The notes beneath the pieces were generated by a model. The model was not told where the DNA came from. It did no database searches and saw nothing but the letters and a program-made list of their open reading frames with translations. DNA of 64,000 nt from Octopus vulgaris (lineage: Eukaryota), in NCBI GenBank assembly GCA_951406725.2, contig OX597833.1:2418001-2482000 (forward strand), read 5' to 3'. Position numbers and translations under genes: made by a program. This document shows positions 1 through 14,140 of this stretch, in pieces (position 1 is the first letter of the stretch; each line of letters starts with the position of its first letter).

Positions 1-16
1 GCAAGGGAGAAGTAAA

Positions 17-49
<33 letters not shown>

Positions 50-479
50 AGGTCAGACTATCAGACAGAGAAAGAGAGCTAAGTTAATCACATAACATGG
101 CCAATTATTGCTTCAATCTCTCACGCCAAATTATGTCCACCACCAATCTTGGCTCGATCATTCATCTATACCAAATTGGCATTTGATTGAGGTGACGACG
201 CTGAAGTTCACTCTAACCTAGCCAACTTTTAAGCAGATTATCTCGCTTACTTATTTATATTCTGTGATTCTCTAACCTAGCGTTGAAGTTTGGCTGGGTG
301 TAATTAACCAGCAAATTGGTGGCTCGGTAGAATGGTTTGAGCGCCGGAACAAATGCTGCGCGAACGTGCGCAGTCTGCCGGTTGGGAGGTTTGCAATCAT
401 AATCGCAAGATTGGAGTTTCAGTACATTTTGATCTTCAGGAAAACACTTCGTTTCATGTGGCTCCAGTCTACTCAGCTA

Positions 480-567
480 CCAAGCTAACCTGTCATATCT
501 CTCAACTTTTCTTTCTTCCTATTGGCATACCTTGTTGTCAGCTGGGCAAGCTATATCTATGATCCAG

Positions 568-569
<2 letters not shown>
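480..569 (-). mobile_element. Small R4/Dong-like LINE fragment (RLE region) abutting (TAA)n
   Basis: The minus strand encodes CWIIDIACPADNKVC and is nucleotide-similar to 57721-57810. Its 5' junction runs straight into the (ATT)n tract. Confidence 0.7.
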
Positions 570-664
<95 letters not shown>

Positions 665-765
665 GAGTGAGAGAGCAGTTCATGCCATCAAAGTGACACT
701 GGGGTAAAACATACGAAGCCCAATATACCCATCATGACTACCCGTCTGATAAGGGTACACTAGGC

Positions 766-857
<92 letters not shown>

Positions 858-987
858 GAGAGAGATAGCAGTTCATGCCATCACAGTGACACTGGGGTAA
901 AACATACGAAGCCCAATATACCCATCATGACTACCCGTCTGATAAGGGTACACTAGGCACATTATTATTATTATTATTATTATTTTA

Positions 988-1020
<33 letters not shown>

Positions 1021-1151
1021 ATTATTATTATTATTATTATTATTATTGCGTGAGAGAGCAGTTCATGCCATCAAAGTGACACACTGGGGTAAAACATACG
1101 AGCCCAATATACCCATCATGACTACCCGTCTGATAAGGGTACACTAGGCAC
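665..1151 (-). repeat. Three tandem ~103-bp 3'-end copies of a (TAA)n-embedded element, separated by (ATT)n
   Basis: Copies lie at about 665-767, 858-960 and 1048-1151. Each is the reverse complement of the last ~100 bp of the element at 51878-52354. Confidence 0.85.
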
Positions 1152-1172
1152 ATTATTATTATTATTATTATT

Positions 1173-2409
1173 CAGTAGTTTTATTTTTATAGCGTGCACT
1201 ACCGAGCGCAGCTCTGTGTGCCTTGGGTATGTGCTGTGATTTGTTGTGATGCTCTGATGGTTATTGTAAGGAAAGTGTTCTGCGTAGGATGTGTGCAGTG
1301 CCTAGTAGTGCGATTTTCTGTATGTTATATGTGTTTGTAAGTCCTGGTGTTTTTGTTATGTATTTGTCTGAATATTTTTTTATCATGCCTAATGCACCTA
1401 CTATGATATGAATTGTTTCTGTTTTCAGATTCCACATTCTAGTTACCTCTATTTCAAGGTCTTTGTATTTTGAGAGTGTCTCCATTTCTTTTAGAGACAC
1501 GTTGTCATCAGCCGGTATTGATACATCAATTAAAAAGCATTTTTTTCTTCATGGTCGCTGACAACTATATCTGGTCTGTTGGCCTTAATTTCTCTATCTG
1601 TGTGTATCGGCATATCCCAGAGTATGGTTGCTTTCTCGTTTTCTGTGACCTTTTCTGGTGTGTGCCTATACCATCTTTTTTCTGTTGTTATTCCATAATG
1701 TTGGCATAGCTTCCAATGTATGTAGGTTCCAACTCTGTCATGTCTGTGAATATATTCCTTCTTAGCCAGGACTGGGCAGCTAGAGATAATATGATTTATT
1801 GTTTCTTGTCCATCTCCACATATTCTGCAGTTACTTGTAATATTTCTTTTCATTACATGTTTTTGGTAATTTCTGGTGGGGAGGCTTTGGTCTTGTGCTG
1901 CAATTAAAAATCCCTCTGTTTCTGCTTTGAGTCCTGAGCTTCTCAACCATTGCTGGGATTTTTCTTTGTCTATTTCTTTTGCGTTTAGTTTAGTGCAGTA
2001 TTTACCATGAAGGGGCTTTTCTTGCCATCGTTTTATCATGGTTCGTTGCTGTTCTATTTTTAGTTTGGATTTCATTTGTTTTATAGCTTTTGTTGTTTCT
2101 TCATCTTCTTCTTCTTCTTCATGTTTATTAGGTGGTATGATTTCTTGTTTGTATTTGTCAGCTTCCTTAAATACTGAGAACAGTTTTTTGTTTTGCTCGT
2201 GTTTTGCCGCTATCTGGATCAGTTTTCCTTCCTTCTGAAGTAGATATTTTTGCAGTCCTATGGTGGTTATTTTATAGTAGTTTTCCAGCTGTATAAGGCC
2301 TCTACCACCTTCTATACGTTGTATATATAGTCTTTCTATGTCAGATTTTGGGTGATGCATCCTAGATCCTGTCATTATTTTTCTTGTTTTCCTATCTATT
2401 TTGGTCAGT

Positions 2410-2411
<2 letters not shown>
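1173..2411 (-). mobile_element. 5'-truncated R4/Dong-clade (RLE-type) non-LTR retrotransposon
   Basis: ORF with a CCHC knuckle (CRICGDGQETINHIISSC), RHD motif, RPDIVV..D restriction-like endonuclease core, KYKDL and TAHILRRTL C-terminus. Frameshifts occur near 1480-1540. There is (ATT)n on both sides. Confidence 0.9.
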
Positions 2412-2490
<79 letters not shown>

Positions 2491-2491
<1 letters not shown>

Positions 2492-2600
2492 GGCGGTAAG
2501 CTGGAAGAATCTTCAGCACACGCCGACATCTCGTCCATTGTTATTTTCTGAGCTCAAATTCCGCTGAGGTCGACTTTGATTTCCGGATCGATAAAAACAA
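2491..2600 (+). mobile_element. Degraded SINE family B fragment
   Basis: ggcggtaagctggaagaatc...ctgagctcaaattccgctgaggtcgactttg resembles the copy at 37659. Confidence 0.6.
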
Positions 2601-2706
2601 TGGTGGCCAATTGGTGTTTCGACACATCTTCAAAGCATGCGACTCACGAAACAGAGCCATGACGCTGAATGCAATTTTGAGTCGTACCCCAGGACAGCAT
2701 TGCAAG

Positions 2707-2771
<65 letters not shown>

Positions 2772-3242
2772 CAGAGAGACAGAGAGACAGACAGATAGAC
2801 AGACAGACAGAGAGACAGACAGACAGAGAGACAGACAGACAGAGACAGACAGCGAGCGCGGGAGAGATATAGAAAGTGAGAGAGAGAGAGCGTTACGTTA
2901 AGTTTATGATTTTCTCTACGGAGGGCATTTCCTTCATTTATACAAACATATTGGTAATTATATACGTGTCTATGCATATAAAAATTATGGCGTGTAATTT
3001 ATTATCAAACGAATGCATATAGAAATCCGATCGAACTGTGGTTTTGCATGTTATTATATAACATTGGATGTCAGCTTTAATAATAGCTGTTCAGTTTTCT
3101 AGAATATGACGAGAGGACGATATGCAGTCAGTGAATAATATGGCGTCTGTAGGCATGGTTCGCATTTGTATGCTTTTAAAGTACCTTTCAAAGACGTTCT
3201 CTAATTATATAAGGTTTACTTGTGGCCCATATATATATAGAC

Positions 3243-3275
<33 letters not shown>

Positions 3276-3312
3276 GAGAGACAGAGAGAGACAGAGACAG
3301 ACAGAGACAGAG

Positions 3313-3399
<87 letters not shown>

Positions 3400-3441
3400 C
3401 AGAAAGACAGAAAGATAGGTAGATAGATAGATAGATAGATA

Positions 3442-3627
3442 AGTTTCTTTATTGGCCACACAGGGCTGCACACAGATGGGACAAGTTACAAGGTAGAGCT
3501 TTTCTTTTGGGGGATGAAAAAACAAAAAACAAAAGAAACAAAAAAAAAGGGTGGCGTAGGTTTTCGATCAAAAGGGATCGTAAAAGGGAAGAAAAGAACA
3601 AAAAAATAATAAATAAAATAAAAAATG
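3442..3627 (-). mobile_element. 3'-end fragment of a Tx1/L1-like element embedded in (GATA)n
   Basis: Homologous to 40516-40600 (ttattggccacacaggg...gtagagcttttctttt...cgatcaaaaggg). On the minus strand AATAAA is followed by (CTAT)n, and (GATA)n flanks both sides. Confidence 0.65.
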
Positions 3628-3711
<84 letters not shown>

Positions 3712-4142
3712 TACAGACAGACAGAAAGATAGGTGGAAATAGAGATAGGTAGATATATATATATAGAGAGAGATTTGTGTGTGTGTGTGTGTGTGTGTGG
3801 ATTTATGTAAGTTAGTATGTATAGAGTTATGTCTATAAGAGTGCGTGCATATGGGAGGGTATTAATAAAATAATTAGTAGATTTATGAATATACCGAAAC
3901 AAAGTATTTTTTTTCGGGAAAATTTAGTCGATATCTCGCAAAAAAATTAATGTGGAGATAGTAATGTTATTGCTGTTGTTGGTGGTGGTGGTGATCGTGA
4001 TGGTCATGCCGGTGGTATGATGTAGAGCACTCAATCAAAATATATAGAGCCAGACTCACAAACCTATATACACACATACACACAATTTCTATCTTCACTT
4101 ATATATATATATATATATATACATACATATATATATATATAT

Positions 4143-4176
<34 letters not shown>

Positions 4177-4219
4177 GTACGAGTACAAATATATGAGTAT
4201 ACATATATATGTATATTTG

Positions 4220-4252
<33 letters not shown>

Positions 4253-4275
4253 ATGTATATATATGCATTTATGTA

Positions 4276-4320
<45 letters not shown>

Positions 4321-4701
4321 ACTTTTATCCTTATATATCGCTATTTATAGAGGCCATATGTAATATCTATAAATATCACAGAAACTTTGCCAAATGTATT
4401 TAGATTAATATATTAATATTCATACGTACACACACACAGACGCACACACACTTGGTGTGAGTACGTATTTGTGTTGGGTAGTGTTTATCTAGCTCAGTAT
4501 TGTCTTTATTATTTCGCTATTTATAGAAGCCACATGCAACACCTATGAATAGACGGTTACGTTGCCAAATGTGTTGTACACGTGCTTCCTACATAGCTGC
4601 GTGTATGTGTGCGTGTACGTGAATGTGATGTGCGTATATATATATATATATATGTATGTGCCGTGTGTGTATGTATGTATATAAATATAAATATATAAAT
4701 A

Positions 4702-4741
<40 letters not shown>

Positions 4742-4870
4742 TACACACCTATATATACATATATATATGTGTGTGTATAAATACATATATATATGTCTAC
4801 TTTGAATGTGTGTGTTTTATACATATTCGTTTGATTTATATATGTGTAGGTCGGCATGTTTGTGTGTATG

Positions 4871-4945
<75 letters not shown>

Positions 4946-5509
4946 ATATATATAAATATATAAATATGCATATATATATATATATATATACCTATATATA
5001 CACATATATAGTTCCATATATACATATATGTGTGTATAAATATATATATATGTGTGTAGGTCAGCATGTGTTTGTGTGTAGCTCTGTATGTGAGTAGTTC
5101 TTTGTGTGCGTGTGTATATCTGTCTGCATATGGCAGTGTATATGTGTGTCTGTGTATATTTAAGTATGTCTCAGTATCTGTGTACTTATGCACATATGTA
5201 TGAAATAAAATATTATTGTATTTAAATGTAAAATTCTGCAATTGATGTATCGCCCGAAGGGTCAATGCAATTCTCTTACATGATATGAACCAGAAATTAC
5301 AGCGAAACGGGTAAGTTGTGCGCATGCTTACACTGTGAAATGTTACATTTCCTCTCTGGCTCCTATACAAACACAGACGCTTCCCCTCAGCAGACACACA
5401 CGCATACACAAATACATTAATTGTGTATTCCATCGCTATCTAAATATCTATAGTACTTACAGTGTTACACTTACACACACTGATACACTGATACACACTT
5501 AGAAACACA

Positions 5510-5552
<43 letters not shown>

Positions 5553-5892
5553 CTAATGTGGATCATTATTCATACACGAACATGCCCTAAATTATTTGTA
5601 CACACGCATTCGTTCTCCCTCATAAATACGCACACAAAACACAGAGAGGCGCATATATATACAAGAACATATACATACGCCAATAAATAGACAGGTATGC
5701 GTACACTTTGTGCATGTTATAGTATATGTATGAATGTGTACATGTGTCTGTTCGTATGCATTCTATGTGCCTGTGTATCTGCTTGTGTGTGTAATATTGT
5801 AGGCGTGTTAGTGTTAACGAATTCCGTTAGATTCAATTTGTAATCCTTTGCAGAATATTGCCCATATATACATACACATATATATATATATG

Positions 5893-5974
<82 letters not shown>

Positions 5975-6021
5975 AATATAGATATGTATGTATATACGTA
6001 TATATATATACATATATATAA

Positions 6022-6068
<47 letters not shown>

Positions 6069-6237
6069 TGTATATATATATACATATTATGAATATAGGT
6101 ATGTATATATATATATATATATGTGTGTGTGTGAGTACAGATATGTATATATATACGTATATATATATATACATATATATAAATACATATATATATATAT
6201 ATATACATATATGTATATATATATATATACATATATT

Positions 6238-6286
<49 letters not shown>

Positions 6287-6875
6287 CTGTGTGTATGTGT
6301 GTGTATGTTTATGCGTATTCATATACATTGATATATATATATATATATGATTATGTATTTACTTACATACATAAATACATATATTAGTATGAGTATACAT
6401 ACATATGTATGTATGTGTGTATGTATGTATGTGTGTGTGTATGTATGTATGTAGATATGGAGGAATGTATGAACACATATATGCACATAAAATGTCACGC
6501 CCCGTACGAACCTTAGAATTGCGTAAGAATTGGGGAATTTTATGGGAAATTGTTCGATTAATTGACAAAATGTAATGTTGTACTATGAACTGATATAGGA
6601 GCAACACTTTTTAGTATCTCGCACCTGTACATGCATACATACATATATACATACAGAGAAATATATATATACATATCTATACACACACATACATATATAT
6701 ACACACACACATATATATATATATGTATATATACGTACATACATACATACATTCACACACATACGCATAGATCGATAGAGAAATATATGTATACATACAT
6801 ACATAGAGAGATATATAAATAGAGAGATAGATAGAGAGATAGATGGATAGATAGATTGAGAGAGAGAGAGGGGGG

Positions 6876-6941
<66 letters not shown>

Positions 6942-7791
6942 GTTGATAGATAGATAGAAAGCTGTGTGAGTGAGTATGCGAAATGTTATTTTTGTTTTGA
7001 AGTCTGCAGTAATGTGTGCGGGCGTGTGTGTGTGTGTTAATGTACATATTTTAATGTAATGTACGCACTACAAAATGGTCGAGCATTCAGGCATACGTCT
7101 AACATTGTGCCTACTGTATCCACACACAAGTTTGTATTTTTCTTATCCAATGATATACTGCATAACGGTATTTCCAACGCTTCTGCTCTGATTATTACAT
7201 TAAATTATTTAAACTTAACTTCGCTTCACATAGAAATTTATATTCTATCAATTGACATCGATGTTTCAAATGACTTGCGTTCATTACAATGTAATATAGT
7301 TTTGGTTTTAAAAATTTTATACATATTTTGTTTCACCATGTGGATGGAGCAATGTGGTTGCATCGAGAGTGCGATATAATAGTGTGTTATTTTTGTTTTT
7401 GTTGCAAGTAAATCAATATCACTATGGATAGTTTGATTAGGTGGTCAGAATTAAAGAGGCTGTGGAAGGAGGAGGAGAGGAAGAGGAGGAGGAATCTTAC
7501 TGTGTGGCAGAATTATTGTTAAAATTTTAGTGTGGTTGAATAGAAATCAAAGCTTTGTTGAATTTCGGTTGGTTATAATTAGAGGAGGGGATAAATTATT
7601 GGTTTTAGGTTAGAGTTCACGTTAATATAAGTAAGGCTAAAATATAAGATGGCTTCTGGTGGCGCAACTCTATGGCCTCTAATTAGAATATTCTGCATCT
7701 TTTGTTGTGACCTGACGAATAAATGGCATAAGTTACCGAAATATTGCAAATCTTTCGAGTCAACAACACACAACACAACACACACACCCTA

Positions 7792-7827
<36 letters not shown>

Positions 7828-7871
7828 TGTATGTATGTATGTATGTATGTATGTATACATATATATATATA

Positions 7872-7920
<49 letters not shown>

Positions 7921-7922
<2 letters not shown>

Positions 7923-8222
7923 TCTTTTATTCTTTTACTTGTTTCAATCATTTGACTGCGGCCATGCTGGATTACTGCCAACAAATCCACCCCAGGACTT
8001 ATTCTTTGTAAGCCTAGTACTTACTCTATCGGTCTCTTTTGCTGAACCGCTAAGTTACGGGGGTGTAAACACACCTACATCGGTTGTCAAGCAATGGTGA
8101 GCTGAGAAACACAGACACAAATATATACATACATACACGACGGGCTTCTTTCAGTTTCCATTTACCAAATCTACTCACAAAGGTTTGGTCGGCCCGAAGC
8201 TATATTAGAAGACACTTGTCCA
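7921..8222 (-). mobile_element. SINE family A copy (tRNA-headed family, internal microsatellite), head missing
   Basis: Shares the family blocks ttttacttgtttca.tcatttgactgcggccatgctgg, gaaccgctaag and cttctttcagtttcc. Confidence 0.8.
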
Positions 8223-8316
8223 AAAACGCATTTGGCCAAATTTGGACATACGACAGTTTAATATAATAGCATCGATATATACTATTTCATTCATTAAGGC
8301 CGGAAAACTTCATAGA

Positions 8317-8500
8317 TTGTTACTCAGAGTTTCATGTGACCATTCGTACGACAGTTTTAACAACTGACGAACATAACGGTCACGGAAACTCTGTGTAACA
8401 GTTTTTGAAGACTTGTCGGTTTTAATAAAATAGTACTTTGCTCTGCTTTTAGTATTCGAGTACTATTTTTCCCACCTTCCTTTGCTCCTATGTACGTACT
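8317..8500. mobile_element. Penelope-type terminal repeat remnant with an inverted pair of degenerate hammerhead motifs
   Basis: Inverted arms tgttactcagagtttcatgtgacc and ggtcacggaaactctgtgtaaca. The downstream AATAAA and gagtacta..ttcccacctt match 59895-59940. Confidence 0.55.
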
Positions 8501-8567
8501 TATGTGTTTGTGTGTGTGTGAGTGTGTGTGAATGCATATATATATATATGTGTGTATGTGTGTGTTT

Positions 8568-8603
<36 letters not shown>

Positions 8604-8975
8604 GTGTGTGTGTTACACAAACAGGACGGGTATCGTTTCTTTTCTTGTTTATTTTTCCATGCATATTTCTTTCTTGCTCTACTTTTATGAAGAGTTCACC
8701 CGAAATTTCAGTTTACGAATTGTCCTTTTCTTGTTTTTGTTCGACGCACAATTTTCTTCGCACAAATATTCATGCTTTTATAATTTTTTTTGTGTGTGTG
8801 TGTGCGTATGTGTTTACTTTTTGTGCACCTACCTTTGTCTACCTGTTGTCTTGTCAAATTGTCAGTCTCTTACCCTCTCGTTCCATTTGTGGTATTTTAC
8901 CAATGTACAGACATGTACACACACACTCACATATATATCTATGTATGTATACATATGTATATATGTATATATATG

Positions 8976-9032
<57 letters not shown>

Positions 9033-9141
9033 GTGTGTGTGTATGTGTGTGATGATAGATTGGTGTATGGAGAGACATAAATATATAACTATACACACAC
9101 ACAAACATTATATATATATGTTTAGATAGGTAGGTAGATAA

Positions 9142-9227
<86 letters not shown>

Positions 9228-10429
9228 GGATAGATGTGTGCATGTTTAAGATATAGATTAATGTCTATGCGTATATGTATACATATGTATACACACACAT
9301 ACACACATGCACATTAAATCAGCCATAAATTTAAAGAGTCGAAGAAAATACTCTATAAAGGACATTTTTGTTGGTGCTATGAGCTCAGTGATGACTCATT
9401 TAATTGCTATGAATAGCAAAATGAAGAGCCTTCTATTCTCTCTATGAACCGACTAAAACTATTCTAGGACAAATTTCCTTTTGATCTAAGTTATTTCATG
9501 ACAGATAATTACTAAAAAAAAGAAAGAAGAAAGAGAACGATAGGAAGCAACATGTGCTGAACAAGAAATCAGTTGTTGACTGTAGTTTTATTCTGAAAAG
9601 TGATGAATGTAAAGTTGTAAAGTTGGGAATTCTGAGCAAATAAAATTGCGTTAACACTCTCGTAAAACAGAACAGCCGAGATCTATTACAAAGATGACGC
9701 CATTTTTTTTTACTAGTAACCCGACTGCAACAGCTACGTTTCCGTTCGACGTGTAAGAGATTTAGCTGCAGGGAATTTAATTATTGGAACTGCAATGAAT
9801 ATAAAAAAAATAACCGGAAAATATTTTTAGTGAAATGTTTCAATACTAATGATTATTATGTTTTTAGAGCTCCCCAACCTTACATGACAGGCCACACTTC
9901 TAAAGAATCAATAAGAGACTTACTGGGTTAAAATTAACAATTGTTAACGTACATGTAGATGGACAATTAAAACAGAGTAAAGCCCCTTGATGTTGATAGC
10001 GTAAATTTGTGTTTATATGCCTTGTCAACAACTGCAGAGCAGTTTCTTAGAAGTACAAGAGATGTAAAATAAAGCAGAACAATAAGAATATAAAGTTTTA
10101 GATTTTGAAAGCGATGAGATGCTCATTGATTTACGGAAGACAATCGTTGTTGTGTGGCGATTCCTATCACATCAAACGAAATGGTCACAGGATTTTACAA
10201 ATAAAAGTGGAAAATATAATTAGAAACCAATGTTTGGAGATGGTAAAATAAACTGATTACTTCAAATACTACCAATGAAAAAAAATCGACATCAGAGTAG
10301 TTAAAAGGAAAATAATAATATAATTTATAATCGATTTAGCAGATATCAGCATGCATTAGCAGATGTCTGTTTGAATTCCATAATCAAAAAACACAATTCT
10401 TGGATGAATTCTATGATCCGGGGATAGCC

Positions 10430-10472
10430 TTGACTGAAGAGACAAAACTACATTGAAACTTCGGGGTCTTAA
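10430..10472 (+). ncRNA. Hammerhead-like motif (intact core, weak helix II)
   Basis: ttga-CTGAAGA-gacaaaactacatt-GAAA-cttcgggg-TC-ttaa. Helix I has 4 bp including one G-U. Confidence 0.35.
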
Positions 10473-11586
10473 AGTCCTCCAATATCAATCAAGTACTTTG
10501 TAAAGATACATCGTCTGTAAGGAGGTGTTCTCCGAAATACAACAGCAATTAGCATATTTAGACAAAGACAATCAACTGATTGAAGAGATATAAAGGAACA
10601 CTCAGTAGAGATTATGGAACGCTTCTCAGAAAGAGTGGATTTTATCCTGAAGAAAGAAAAAAACAGGTTTTCCTAGAATGTTGCCACTGGATTAAGCTAA
10701 AAGATTACGCTCTCAATAATGATGGAAACATTGAAATACGGAAAGGAATAGCACAATGCCTTAAAATAAGGCATTGTGCACATGATAGGCTTGGTGACAG
10801 GCAATGAGTTAAGCAACTACACACACACAATGAGAGCGGGAAAGAATCATGGAAAAAGTAGAGAAGAGTGGTAGTAATGAATTTAATAGTAGTGAATTTA
10901 GTAATGAATTGACTGTCAGTAAAAGTAGAGTTCCTTTGATACACAGCTGCAACGTATGAGACAAAATGAAAATCGTTATTCTCGATGCTAAATAAAATTG
11001 CGTCCAATCCTGAGGCTATGGGCTGACTCTTGAGTTGTGTATTTTACTAGACCTCTTGAAGATTTATTTTGTTCAATTAAGAAATAAATTAAAAGTTTAT
11101 GAAAGTTCGACAATACGCAGAAATCTCTGTGGACATGTGATTGGCATTAGTCTGTGTGTGTAAGTGTGCGTGTCTGTGTGTGTTGTGTTTATTTGTCTGT
11201 GTGTTCTGTGTGTTTTTGTGTGTGTGTAATTCGTGGAAAGCTATGTAGTAAAAGAAAGAATTAAAATGATAGGTAGATATTTAAATTAGCAGATGGAAAG
11301 AAAGTCAGACAGACTCATACATGGAGATAGATTTCGATACGATATAAGAATATATTTTCAAAAGATTAGTATAGGTGTAACTGCCTGTCTTTCTGTCTGT
11401 AAGTTTATTAATTAATTAATTTATTTATTTATTTATTTATTTAAATCTCTTTCTCTCTAACCCCCTCTCTCTCTCTTTCTTTCTCTCACGTCCTCGCATT
11501 ATTGCTTTTTCTTCTGTTTTTTCTTAGTATTTTTTATTAATTATAAATATGTGTATATATATATATATATAATTAATATATATACT

Positions 11587-11653
<67 letters not shown>

Positions 11654-11707
11654 TTTGGGGGTTGGTTTGCGAGATTCTTTATGTGAGTTCGTGTGTTGAA
11701 GCATATT

Positions 11708-11921
11708 CCGTTATGTCTGGGGTGGGGAGTCATTTTCTTTTTGTGACTTATAATTTAACACACTCAGTGTATATAACGGACAGAGTCAAGCCTATTGAAA
11801 AGGTTACAAGATGCAATGAAAATTTTAGGAAAATAAAAAGAATGAATAAGTGGAAATTTTACCGGTGGGTGTGTTAAATTATAAGGCACAAAAATAAAAT
11901 GACTCTCCCCAGACACAACAG

Positions 11922-11922
<1 letters not shown>
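11708..11922. mobile_element. Inverted-repeat element (~60-bp arms) enclosing a hammerhead variant; probably Penelope terminal-repeat derived
   Basis: The arm ggggagtcattttctttttgtgacttataatttaacacac is the approximate reverse complement of gtgtgttaaattataaggcacaaaaataaaatgactctcccc. (TA)n flanks the element. Confidence 0.7.
11791..11829 (+). ncRNA. Minimal type-I hammerhead variant with U3-A8 covariation
   Basis: ccta-TTGAAAA-g-gttac aagat gcaat-GAAA-at-TT-tagg. Helix I is a perfect 4 bp, helix III is the palindrome AATT, and AATAAA follows. Confidence 0.5.
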
Positions 11923-11953
<31 letters not shown>

Positions 11954-12177
11954 CAGCAGTACCTCGTGATATCACGGTTCACTTATCACGGCTTATCATT
12001 TAAACTTACATCGATTCTCCGGTGGTGTTGTTTTGCATGTATAATAAAATAAATATACACAAATTATAAAAATATTAATTAAAAAATATATACACTACAG
12101 TAGCTTCTACTACGCGAATCTTTAACAATCGCGGGGTATTTTGAAGCGCAACTACCGCGATAGCTGAAACATTACTG
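11954..12177. mobile_element. Degraded Tigger/pogo-like MITE
   Basis: TA-cagcagtacctcg ... attactg termini and subterminal tatcacgg/ccgcgata motifs typical of Tigger-type MITEs. Confidence 0.45.
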
Positions 12178-12186
12178 CATATATAC

Positions 12187-12246
<60 letters not shown>

Positions 12247-12442
12247 CGGGAAGGTTTACGAAAATAAAAGACGAAGGCAGGCGGAGTACAAACAAACAAA
12301 TGTATTAGTATGGCGCTCAGGAATAGAAATAAAACAAGTCTTTTACGTTTCGAGCCTACGCTCTTCGACAGAAAGATACACAGAAAAGAAACACGGAGAG
12401 AAACAAGGAGAGAAAAAAATGCGTGTAGGGGCTAGCGGTCCA
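12247..12442 (-). mobile_element. Short Penelope-type repeat inserted in (TA)n, carrying a hammerhead motif at 12339-12376
   Basis: Minus strand: tcttt-CTGTCGA-a-gagc gtag gctc-GAAA-cg-TA-aaaga, with perfect helices I and II and an A6U core change. A further fragment of this family is at about 59620-59655. Confidence 0.65.
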
Positions 12443-12444
12443 AC

Positions 12445-12560
<116 letters not shown>

Positions 12561-12839
12561 CTATATTTATATGTGTATATATGTATGCATGTATGTATGC
12601 ACGTATGTGCGTGTGTATTTATCCACCCGTATTACTTGTATATAGTTTATATACACACACGCAAATATCTCTTCACACATTTCCGAACTTCCGCTAAAAG
12701 CTAAGCAGCTCATCTTATCACTTGAGAGTTGTTTGTTCCAGAGGAGAAGGTGAATTCGCCTCTCCACATTATCTAATCAGATAAAGCAGGTGTTGCTTCC
12801 GGTTTCGGTATCGATTACACCCGATGTAGCTGTGTCTGG

Positions 12840-12996
12840 TGTTATCTTTGATGATGATGTTGATGATGATGATGATGGTGGTGGTGGTGATGTTGGTGGT
12901 GGTAAATGGTGGTGGTGGTGGAGGTGGTGGTGGTGGTAAATGGTGGTGGTGGTGGAGGTGGTGGTGGTGTTATTTTGGTGTTGGTGGTGGTGATGG

Positions 12997-13046
<50 letters not shown>

Positions 13047-13396
13047 GTGATAATGATGTTGATGATGAACATGAGGAGGATGACGTTGAGGGTAGTGGCG
13101 GTGATGATGAAGGTGTGGGGGAAGATGAAAGTGATGTTGGAAGCTGTGGATTTGGTTTTGGTTGTGATAATCGTGATGGCGGTGATTGTGTTTGTGGTGG
13201 TGGTGGTGGTGGTGGTGGTGGCGGTGGTGGTGGTGGTGGTGGTAGTTGCTTTTTGGTTGTGATAATGGTGATGGTAGTGGCGGTGGTTACGTTGGGTGCT
13301 GAAATCAGGGAAATAATGTCGATGCGAAGACGACGACGACGACGAAGATGCTGACGATGATGATGATGATGATGATGATGAAGATGATGATGATGG

Positions 13397-13435
<39 letters not shown>

Positions 13436-13436
13436 C

Positions 13437-13468
<32 letters not shown>

Positions 13469-13484
13469 CGATGATGACGATGAC

Positions 13485-13537
<53 letters not shown>

Positions 13538-13561
13538 CAATGATGATGTTGATGACAAAGA

Positions 13562-13595
<34 letters not shown>

Positions 13596-14140
13596 GGTGG
13601 TGGTGATGATGATGCTGCTGATGATGATGATGACGATGATGATGATGATGATGATGATGATGACGATGATGATGATAATGATGATGATTGTGATGACGAT
13701 GATGATGATGATGGTGCTGATGGTGCTGATGATGTTGATGATGATGATCATGGTGCTGCTGCTGCAGATAGTGGTGGTGGTGGTGGTGGTGGTTTTGGTG
13801 GTGGTGGCGGTAATGATTATGATGAAGGATCGATGTTGATGGCGATGAGGAAAATGGGGACGAAGAGGAGGAGGTGGTGGTGGTGGAGATGGAGAAGGAG
13901 GAGGAGAAGGAGGAGAGGAGTAGGGCGAGGGGAAGGGGAGGAGGAGGAGGAGGGGAAGAGTAATGGTCACGTATTGGTCGTAACGGTTGACCTTGTAAAG
14001 GGGATGAAGATGAAGAAAACGGTGACAATTATGACGGGGATGATGATGATGATGATGACGACGATGATAATGATGACGACAACGATGATAATGATGATGA
14101 TGATGCTGTTGCCAGCGACCCTCACGACCACCACCACGAT
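12840..14140. repeat. Compound trinucleotide microsatellite (GAT/GGT/GAG)n
   Basis: Seen directly; it is the source of the poly-M/D/H/S pseudo-ORFs. Confidence 0.95.

Noticed and set aside
10580-10807. 75-aa non-repetitive ORF
   Set aside because: It has no recognisable motif or convincing splice sites, and a non-ATG start.
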